This document shows, piece by piece, positions 56,254-64,000 of a stretch of DNA of 64,000 bases. The stretch is from the IMG/VR virus record IMGVR_UViG_3300010429_000303, positions 1-64,000 of that record, one strand, 5' to 3'. Within the stretch, counting starts at the first letter, position 1, and each line of letters starts with the position of its first letter. The stretch is from a virus (Duplodnaviria; Caudoviricetes). The notes under the pieces are model-generated. The model saw only the letters and a program-made list of their open reading frames with translations, had not been told where the DNA came from and ran no database searches. A program made the translations under genes and the position numbers.

Positions 56254-58071
56254 ATGACACAAACTAATAACCCCCTTGAAATAAAAAATCTTGATTTTCC
56301 TGAGATTAAACGGTCTTTAGTTAAGTTTCTGGAAACAACGACTGAATTTAAGAACTTCAATTTTGAAGGATCCAACATCAATGCTATGTTGGATATCTTA
56401 GCGTATAACACCTACTACATGTCCATGTATATGAATATGCTGTTTGGAGAAACCTTTATAGACTCAGCAACAGAACGGTCATCTTTGGTTTCTGCATTAA
56501 AGCCTATTGGGTTTGTGCCAAAGTCAGTAACTGCAGCAAAGATTTTAGTTGATATTTCGATTACTGCTAGAGTAGGTGATGAACAAACTCAACTTCTCCT
56601 CCCTCCACTGTCTAGTTTTGTCGGGGGTGGATTCAATTTTGTCAATTTAGATCCTTGTACCTTGGGACGTGATGGTAATGTCTTCTCTGCTACTAATGTT
56701 CTCCTTCACCAAGGAACTCCCTATTCACACAGATTTATCGTAGCTGATCCTGAAGACTTCTTTGTTATCCCTTACGCTAAGATTGATACCTCTACTATTA
56801 AGGTAAAGGTATTTCCGTCGTTATCTGACTATGAACGTAAGAAGAATGACAGTAACTTAGATCTGATCTATACCTTAGCTTCAGACCTCTTTGATAAAAA
56901 TGGGGAGTCCCAGGTCTTCTTTATTCAGGAAGATCATGTAACTGGATATTTTTCAGTGTTCTTTGGTGATAACACCATTGGTAAAGCAGTTTCTAATGGC
57001 AATGTTATTGAAACCACCTTCATAAGTTCTGAAGGAACTGATGCAAATGGGATCTATGGCGTTGAGTTCTACCGATCCGCCCTAGGAGACACTGTTCTTG
57101 GTGGCTACTCTACTTCAGAAATCCAAGTCACTACCCCTAGTTCTGAAGTACGGTCTTTTGATGGTTCTGATAGACAATCTAACAGTTTTCTCAGGAAGTT
57201 TGGTCCGTACCATTTTGAAGCTCAAGACAGACTTGTTACTCAGAGTGATTACGAGTATGCGTTGAACTCATTCTTTTCAAATGTTCAGTGTTGTAAGGTC
57301 TGGGGGGGTGAAGATAATGACCCCCCCTATTATGCAGCAGCTATGGCTATGGTAAAACTTACTGACCAAGAGTTATTATCACCACTTCAGAAAACGTTAG
57401 TGACTCAATACATCAAGTCAAAATCAGTAGTAGGTACGGATTTTATCTTAGTAGATCCTAATGTGGTCTACCCTATTGTGTCGTTAGTGATTAGACTACC
57501 TTCACGGTATGTTTCAGATCTTTATTATCTTGAAAACAGAATAGCCACGTTTATTAGAAGTTATTGTGAAGAATCATCCATTTCTGAGTATAGACCTTCA
57601 GACCTTTCGTATTATCTTAAAGATAAAGAATCCCTGCTTAAATCGGTAAATGTCACTACTAAACTGAAGAAGAATGTATTCTACACCTTAGGCTCCGTAG
57701 AAACTCATACTATCCAGTTCAGACAGGCATTAGTCACTGGTACTTTGAAGTCTTCTTTTGACTTCTCGTTATACCCTGAATTTCCATCTGGGTTCACTGA
57801 ACAATTTCTGGATGATGGTTCTGGTAAAGTTCTCTACCAAAAGGTTTATGTAGATACAGACATTCCTACTGAGTCTATTCAGGTAGGAAGTGTAGACTAC
57901 TTGACTGGTCAGGTTCTCTTTGATGATCTAACTATTAGTTCTAACTCTTCAGGATCTCCTTCATTTTCATTAACAGCTAGCCCATATGACTTAGATCTGT
58001 TTGCTGAACAACATAGCCTCCTGGTTCTAGAACCAGAAAATATTACCTTTAGTCTGAACTTAGACAGATGA
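56254..58071 (+). CDS. 6: Baseplate wedge gp6
   Basis: LDF.EIK, NFEGS, LDILAYNT, E.FIDSA..RSS, FGD..IGK, QDRLVT..DY, WGGEDNDPP. Confidence 0.95.
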   Translation: MTQTNNPLEIKNLDFPEIKRSLVKFLETTTEFKNFNFEGSNINAMLDILAYNTYYMSMYMNMLFGETFIDSATERSSLVSALKPIGFVPKSVTAAKILVDISITARVGDEQTQLLLPPLSSFVGGGFNFVNLDPCTLGRDGNVFSATNVLLHQGTPYSHRFIVADPEDFFVIPYAKIDTSTIKVKVFPSLSDYERKKNDSNLDLIYTLASDLFDKNGESQVFFIQEDHVTGYFSVFFGDNTIGKAVSNGNVIETTFISSEGTDANGIYGVEFYRSALGDTVLGGYSTSEIQVTTPSSEVRSFDGSDRQSNSFLRKFGPYHFEAQDRLVTQSDYEYALNSFFSNVQCCKVWGGEDNDPPYYAAAMAMVKLTDQELLSPLQKTLVTQYIKSKSVVGTDFILVDPNVVYPIVSLVIRLPSRYVSDLYYLENRIATFIRSYCEESSISEYRPSDLSYYLKDKESLLKSVNVTTKLKKNVFYTLGSVETHTIQFRQALVTGTLKSSFDFSLYPEFPSGFTEQFLDDGSGKVLYQKVYVDTDIPTESIQVGSVDYLTGQVLFDDLTISSNSSGSPSFSLTASPYDLDLFAEQHSLLVLEPENITFSLNLDR

Positions 58072-59675
58072 TTCTCACAGATAGATCGGTAAAGACCCAA
58101 ATAAAATATCAGGTTCCCTGGTTCTTTAACCAGGAATACCCCTTATTTGTAAAATTTCTAGAATACTACTACCAATGGGTAGAACTTCATGACGATCAAT
58201 TCAAGTATGGGGTTCTGGCTATCATTGATAACTTCAACCAACTTAAAGATATTGATCAGACAGTAGAAGAGCTTATTCCCTTCTTCAGAAATCCCTACTT
58301 TAGAAACATTCCAGAACAAACCGTAGTAGCTCGCCGTCTCTTTATTAAGAGAATGATTGACCTTTATCGGAGTAAAGGAAGTTTCAAGTCCTTAAATCTC
58401 CTGATAAAGATAATTCTAGGAGAGGAGATAGAGGTCTGGTATCCTAAGGATCTCCTAGCCAGGCCCTCAAATATTGAATCATCAAGTTATTACTACGGTT
58501 ATCTTAGAGTTACTAATCCTGTTTTGGATAACATTTTTGACCTACAAACCAACACTGTTGAAATAAATGGTATTCCAGTTCTGGTATCCGCTATAGGAAA
58601 GGTAGTAGACTTATATGAAGTGGTTCTAGATTTTGATCTACTGGAATATACTACTATAAAGGACACTAAAGAGGTTTACTTCCAAGGAGTCCAGATTGGC
58701 GAGTTGGTTCCTATTCTAGATAAAATAACCTTTGTTTCTGGAACTAGAATCAATAAACAGAATGAGTTGTTCTTAGTTTCCTCCCCCAACCAACAAACTC
58801 CTGCAGTTTGTAAGATATCTAGAGTAAAACCAGGACGAATAGATTCATATACCATTCTCAGGAGAGGGTCTAACTATATCCTTGGTGATAGATTTGTTGG
58901 GTATGTTGGATCATTAGAATTTTCAGCTATAGTAAGTAACATCACTCCTACTGGAGAAATTGGCAGACTTACTATCCAGAAGAATGCATCAGTAACTTCT
59001 AACATCCCTACGATAGTAGGGATATCTGAGACAGGGTTTGGTGCTAATATAGACTGGTATTCTTCAGAGTTTAAGACTATTCAGGAAGTAGAGATCGTAG
59101 ACGGGGGAATAGATCTTTCTGGGGAAAAAACTACCTCATTAGCCGGGTCACAGTTTTCCTTTCAGACCACCTTTATTGCTAAACGAACTCAGGTTAGTTC
59201 AACTAACAATCTAGGTAACTTTAACATTCTTCCTGATAATTTATTATGGCAAGATCATTCTTATGTCTTGAACTTTACGTCTACCTTTACTGAATTTCCT
59301 AAAGAGGAAGTCAATTATCTGTTTAAGCCACTAGGCTCTAAACTGTTTTACAACAAAACAGAATTGATTGAATGCCTTGGAAACTCAGTAGATTCCTTTG
59401 GAGTTGAGGGTACATTAGAGGTAGAACCTACCACAAAGATAGTTAATTTACTGATTTCTAATTTACAGACCTCATTCACGATCTCTTCAAGAAAATATAC
59501 CAATGACACTCCATTACTGTATGTAGGATCTACTCCAGTATTTTCGGTAGACAGTAGATATTGTTTTGAAGTAAAACCTGAAATAGGAACTCTAACTTTT
59601 GAAGATGTCTCTTCTTTAGAAAATCTAGAGAACGCACTAAATAACCTTAAGACTGCTTTAGCGTCTATCGTTTAA
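58068..59675 (+). CDS. Baseplate wedge subunit (gp7-like)
   Basis: QVP.F..EYPLFVKFLEYYY, DID.T, LYRSKGS, WQDHSYV..KPLGSKLF. Confidence 0.75.
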   Translation: MILTDRSVKTQIKYQVPWFFNQEYPLFVKFLEYYYQWVELHDDQFKYGVLAIIDNFNQLKDIDQTVEELIPFFRNPYFRNIPEQTVVARRLFIKRMIDLYRSKGSFKSLNLLIKIILGEEIEVWYPKDLLARPSNIESSSYYYGYLRVTNPVLDNIFDLQTNTVEINGIPVLVSAIGKVVDLYEVVLDFDLLEYTTIKDTKEVYFQGVQIGELVPILDKITFVSGTRINKQNELFLVSSPNQQTPAVCKISRVKPGRIDSYTILRRGSNYILGDRFVGYVGSLEFSAIVSNITPTGEIGRLTIQKNASVTSNIPTIVGISETGFGANIDWYSSEFKTIQEVEIVDGGIDLSGEKTTSLAGSQFSFQTTFIAKRTQVSSTNNLGNFNILPDNLLWQDHSYVLNFTSTFTEFPKEEVNYLFKPLGSKLFYNKTELIECLGNSVDSFGVEGTLEVEPTTKIVNLLISNLQTSFTISSRKYTNDTPLLYVGSTPVFSVDSRYCFEVKPEIGTLTFEDVSSLENLENALNNLKTALASIV

Positions 59676-59690
59676 CCAGAAGGTACGCCC

Positions 59691-60857
59691 ATGTCATCGT
59701 ATTCAACTCCCTTGGTAAAGATCTATAGAACTTTTGCGTTACAAACCTTAGCAAAAGAAGAACAACTGTATGCGTTTATCAGTAGAACTACACCATGGAA
59801 TAATTCAGAATTCCTTCCTGGTTTTGCCCCTGAAGAACCCTCTTTAGATCAAAGATCCTTAGATGGGTACTTGGACCAGATTATCGCCCTTAAGAAGGTA
59901 GCAGCCTCTGATGTCTCTATTGCAATAAAACGTTATGATTGGTATTCTGGACGAACTTATGATTCCTATGATTGTACTGATGCCAATATTCTGTTTAAAC
60001 ATAACTTCGAAGGTACTAATCCCTTCTATGTGCTTACCGACGAGTATAACGTTTATAAGTGTATAGACAATGTAGGGGGATCTGTTTCTACTGCAAAGCC
60101 TACCGGTCAGTTCGCTCAGGCTATAGAGCTGGAAGATGGATATGTCTGGAAGTTTATGTTTCATGTAGACGAAGCAGACAGGGCTAAGTTTCTTACCTCC
60201 ACGCATATTCCAGTTCGACACAATACTGAACTTCTTTATGCTTCTGCCCAAAAGACGGTAAAGGATGCTGCTATTGCAGGACAGGTCGAACGAGTAGACG
60301 TTGTTTCTGGGGGGAGTGGGTATACCGGAACTTCAGAACTTGTATCATCTGGTGACGGGGCTGGATTTGCGGCTACTCCTGTGATTACCAATGGGGTAGT
60401 GACCGGGATTACTGTGACCAATAAAGGAACTGGGTATACCACGTTAACCGTGAATGTAACCAATACCAATTCTTCTTATGTACCAGCAACCTTTAAGGCT
60501 CAGATTTCACCTCAAGGGGGACATGGGTTTAATGCTGCTAATGAACTCGGTGGATTCTATACCATTATCTCGGTAGATCTAATTGGGTATCAAGACACTA
60601 TCTTACCCGTTAATGTCTATTTCAGACAGTGTGGGTTAATTACCAATATTCAAGATATCAATTCAGGGTACTCCAATCAGACCTACTACTTCGGGCCAAA
60701 ACATCCCCAGTACAATGACTCTTCAATTAGGTCTACCTTTCCCCAGAGAGTGCTTAAACCTGATATTGGAGAAATTCTGTATATTAAGAATCATGCCCCT
60801 ATCCTAAGAAGTCTATACCAACTTGAACGGCTTAAATTTGTGGTAGAAACTCTATGA
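59691..60857 (+). CDS. 8: Baseplate wedge gp8
   Basis: RYDW.SG..YD, FYVLTDEYNVYKCIDN, STAKP, DGYVWKFM, PQGGHG. Confidence 0.9.
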   Translation: MSSYSTPLVKIYRTFALQTLAKEEQLYAFISRTTPWNNSEFLPGFAPEEPSLDQRSLDGYLDQIIALKKVAASDVSIAIKRYDWYSGRTYDSYDCTDANILFKHNFEGTNPFYVLTDEYNVYKCIDNVGGSVSTAKPTGQFAQAIELEDGYVWKFMFHVDEADRAKFLTSTHIPVRHNTELLYASAQKTVKDAAIAGQVERVDVVSGGSGYTGTSELVSSGDGAGFAATPVITNGVVTGITVTNKGTGYTTLTVNVTNTNSSYVPATFKAQISPQGGHGFNAANELGGFYTIISVDLIGYQDTILPVNVYFRQCGLITNIQDINSGYSNQTYYFGPKHPQYNDSSIRSTFPQRVLKPDIGEILYIKNHAPILRSLYQLERLKFVVETL

Positions 60858-63800
60858 CTAAACTATCTTTTAATCGTGCTCCCTATTTTGATGATTATGA
60901 TGCAGGAAAACATTACCACAAGATTCTGTTTAAGGAAGGAGTACCTCTTCAGGTCAGAGAACTCAATCAGCTTCAAACCATTCTGCAAGAACAGATTGCT
61001 CGATTTGGACGACATTTCTTTAAAGAAGGTTCCATAGTCTCTGGGTGTGAAAACAAGTTAAACTTTTCTTTGAAATCCTCAGACCTGGTAAACTCACCAG
61101 AAAACTTGTTGGTTTTAGCTAAGTTTGCTAAATCGTATGCCATAACGTTATCTGGGGCGTTGGTCTATATTCCCTTTGTGATTTTACCTTCAGAGAATAC
61201 TTGGAATCCAGGGGTACCCACCCTAGTCTTTGCCTCTATTTCCGGCCCTGAATTGGTCCCGGGAGATGTTCTTTACCTGTATGATTATGACACTAAAATA
61301 ACTTCAGACTCTATCTATATCACTACCTCTTCTTCAACTATTCAACAAGCTTCATCTATTTCATTTCAACCAGGAATCGTATTTTTTGATGGTTATTTTC
61401 TTTCTGTAGACAAACAAGCCATCATTGTTCATCCTTATACCTCGACTCCTACTGTTTCTATAGGATATAGGTTAGTAGACTCTATTGTAACCTGGAAGGA
61501 GGATTTCTCCTTACTGGATAATGCTTCCCCTACAGAAATACAGTCATACAATCAAGCTGCACCGGGGGCGGATAGATATAAGAAAGAGTTGTTTCTTACC
61601 GTAGTTCCCATTATTACTTCTGACTCTTATGCTGAACAAATCATTCAAGGAGAGTTCATAGAGTTTGTCAGAGTGATAAATGGAGAAATCACCAAAGATA
61701 TCAATACCACAGTTTATGCTGAGTTTGAGAAGAATCTAGCTAGACGGACGTATGATGAATCAGGAAACTTTACCGTTAAGCCCTTTAATATTTCTATTGT
61801 AGATCATATTGGTAAAAACCCAGAGCTATTCTCTATCGAGATATCTCCAGGAAAAGCCTATATCAGAGGTTATGAGTTTGAAACGAAGGGAAGAGTTTAT
61901 GTCGATCTTCCCAAAACTTCAACTTCAATAACCAAAGAAACCTTTGCCCTTTCTACTTATTACGGATCGTATATCAAGTTAGATACTCTTTCAGGATTGA
62001 TAGACGTTTCTAAGAATGATGTTATTGAATTACTGGATCAGCCCATTGGTGATTTCCAAGACATTAGTGATACTTCTGAACGAGCAGATCATAGATTAGG
62101 AACTGCCCGCAGTCGATTTCTTCAGAAGGTAGGCAGTGATTTTTGGTTGTTCATATATACACCTACTTTCACTTCTGGGACCTTTGAAGATGTAAAATCA
62201 ATATCTGCATTGTCCAACACTGGGTATGGAGATCTTAAAGAATCAAAAATTTTCGATCCTACCAATGATAAACTACTGTTTAAGTTTCCCGAACAGGTAA
62301 GTTCATTAGAATCATATTCTTACTTCGTTCAAAAGGTGTTTACTGGAGTTAGATTTAACTTTAATGAAGCTACTAATGCCTCTGAATTACTGTTAAAGTT
62401 GGATGGGACATTATCATTTGTAACCACTTCCAGCTACTTTATGGTATTCAGAAAGGATACCTTAGCGTATACTCCAGTTTCAACTGTTACCTCCTTGAAT
62501 GAAGATAATACTCAAGTAAGAGTATCCTTAGTAGAAACCACAGATGTTCCTGCTGATGTTTTTTGTTTGGTAGCTGTTTCTGGGGGGACCGACAGAGTTT
62601 TATCGGTAAAAACTGAAACGTTTACTGAGGATTCGATTCCTATTGGGTGGAGCAAGACCTTAGACAACAGAGTACTAGGAACTTCCTTAGTTTCAGTTTC
62701 AGATGGAAGTGTTGAAGATAAAATTGATTTATTTGTGGTTGACAAAAATGAAACACCTTTTAGATATGGGCGAGAAACTATTAGGTTTTTAGGAAAAGAG
62801 ATTATTGATGCTCCTGTAACGTTTACCTATACCTATCATGAACTATCTTCTTTTGGATTCTTTTCAGTTAGCTACTGGAGCCAGTTTAACTATGGCGATA
62901 TAAGCATAGATAAGAGTACTGTCCAGAAAAGGACCAATACTTTAGATTTTAGGCCATTAGAAACTACAAATGAAACTTTTAGTGATGTCCATTGTATCTC
63001 ACCTTTTAATGAATTTGAATGTAGTTATTCTTATAAAGTAGGCAGGATTGATAAACTGACCTGTACTCCAGATAAAAAGTTTTCTTTGATTTCAGGGGTT
63101 CCTGCCCTGAATCCGTCAGTTCCAAAGGATAGGCCTGACTGGATGACCTTATATACCATTATTTGTCCCCCTGGGGCAGAGACCCCAGAACTGGTAAAAA
63201 CAGTATACCATGAGAATAAACGGTATACAATGCGTGATATAGGTAAGTTAGAACAAAGAATTAAAAATCTTGAATATTATACCTCCTTGACCTTATTGGA
63301 AAAGGATACCGCCTCTTTTGAGATTGTAGATGAACAAGGAAATAACAGATTTAAAAATGGCTTTTTGGTTGATAACTTTAAGAACTATAAATCATTAGAT
63401 ACTTCCAATCCAGACATTAAATGTTCATTTGATTTGAAAGAAGGCCATCTAAGACCTTCCTTCGCTCTTAATAACAGAAAAGCCCAACTTTTACCTTCTT
63501 CAAGATTGGTTTGTTCCTCTAATGGTTTAGTGACTTTACCTTATAGTGAAACTGATTTTATTCAACAACCTTTAGCTTCAGATATTATCAACCTTCAACC
63601 CTATGAGGTGTTTACCTGGATTGGTACGTTGACCTTATCGCCTTCAGTGGATGATTGGGTAGATACCAATATTTCCCCAGATGTCACTGTAAATCAGTTT
63701 GGTGAAAAGGATGTATGGGCAGAAATAGGGGCAAACGGATTTCAAACTGAATGGAATTCATGGGAAACCCAGATTTCTAAAGCTGGAACAACTGATGCCT

Positions 63801-64000
63801 TTATAGGGGGGCAGAAAGGTGATTTTGCAAATCTAAGTTCAGAGACACAACTTAAGCTTTGGAATCCAGATGTGGATTCATCAGTACCATCGGAGTGGAT
63901 TTTTAACTACAATTCGTGGGTAGCAAATGGCTTTTCTGGGTGGTTTTCTCAGACATCTCCAGATGGCTATGTGAATGGAAAGCCTGCTCTACTACTACCC
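60854..64000 (+). CDS. Large VrlC/DUF4815-like structural protein, 3'-truncated (not in ORF track)
   Basis: Manual translation MTKLSFNRAPYFDDYD..YHKILF..LQVRELNQLQTILQEQI; APGADRY, ARRTYDESGNF, NKRYTMRDIGKLEQRIKNLEYYTSL, RFKNGFLVDNF. Confidence 0.88.
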   Translation, partial: MTKLSFNRAPYFDDYDAGKHYHKILFKEGVPLQVRELNQLQTILQEQIARFGRHFFKEGSIVSGCENKLNFSLKSSDLVNSPENLLVLAKFAKSYAITLSGALVYIPFVILPSENTWNPGVPTLVFASISGPELVPGDVLYLYDYDTKITSDSIYITTSSSTIQQASSISFQPGIVFFDGYFLSVDKQAIIVHPYTSTPTVSIGYRLVDSIVTWKEDFSLLDNASPTEIQSYNQAAPGADRYKKELFLTVVPIITSDSYAEQIIQGEFIEFVRVINGEITKDINTTVYAEFEKNLARRTYDESGNFTVKPFNISIVDHIGKNPELFSIEISPGKAYIRGYEFETKGRVYVDLPKTSTSITKETFALSTYYGSYIKLDTLSGLIDVSKNDVIELLDQPIGDFQDISDTSERADHRLGTARSRFLQKVGSDFWLFIYTPTFTSGTFEDVKSISALSNTGYGDLKESKIFDPTNDKLLFKFPEQVSSLESYSYFVQKVFTGVRFNFNEATNASELLLKLDGTLSFVTTSSYFMVFRKDTLAYTPVSTVTSLNEDNTQVRVSLVETTDVPADVFCLVAVSGGTDRVLSVKTETFTEDSIPIGWSKTLDNRVLGTSLVSVSDGSVEDKIDLFVVDKNETPFRYGRETIRFLGKEIIDAPVTFTYTYHELSSFGFFSVSYWSQFNYGDISIDKSTVQKRTNTLDFRPLETTNETFSDVHCISPFNEFECSYSYKVGRIDKLTCTPDKKFSLISGVPALNPSVPKDRPDWMTLYTIICPPGAETPELVKTVYHENKRYTMRDIGKLEQRIKNLEYYTSLTLLEKDTASFEIVDEQGNNRFKNGFLVDNFKNYKSLDTSNPDIKCSFDLKEGHLRPSFALNNRKAQLLPSSRLVCSSNGLVTLPYSETDFIQQPLASDIINLQPYEVFTWIGTLTLSPSVDDWVDTNISPDVTVNQFGEKDVWAEIGANGFQTEWNSWETQISKAGTTDAFIGGQKGDFANLSSETQLKLWNPDVDSSVPSEWIFNYNSWVANGFSGWFSQTSPDGYVNGKPALLLP

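Noticed and set aside
1-64000. Stop-codon reassignment and tRNA genes
   Set aside because: Conserved genes are full length in code 11 and end in TAA, TAG and TGA; no cloverleaf seen by eye (tRNAscan-SE would be decisive).

Overview
64 kb from a large T4-like (myovirus/jumbo-type) phage, standard genetic code. It holds a T4-type replication/recombination module (gp44, gp62, RegA, gp43 split into two genes, UvsX, gp41, dCMP deaminase, class II RNR, gp55, gp47/46, gp32), then tail/baseplate genes (tape measure, gp26/gp51-like, gp54-like, gp4, gp48, gp53, hub, gp5, gp25, gp6, gp7-like, gp8, truncated VrlC/DUF4815-like). Mobile content: three ~1.3 kb TnpB-only elements with intact RuvC motifs, each with a TATAAATA late-promoter motif in its left end, and three mini-inteins (gp44, UvsX, gp46). 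Most notable: (1) a free-standing, apparently catalytically dead intein (Hint) homologue directly after the intein-bearing uvsX; (2) a T7 slippery site that would fuse gp26 to a start-less gp51-like ORF just upstream of the tape measure, like lambda G/GT; (3) a late-promoter glycosyltransferase operon (GT60-like, HtrL-like fusion, purM) inside the baseplate cluster; (4) several orphan proteins with T4 capsid-targeting-like N-termini, including a lipase; (5) a split DNA polymerase with an antisense gene and separate promoter between the halves. All calls are by eye from motifs and synteny; no database searches were run. No tRNA, rRNA or CRISPR array was recognised.
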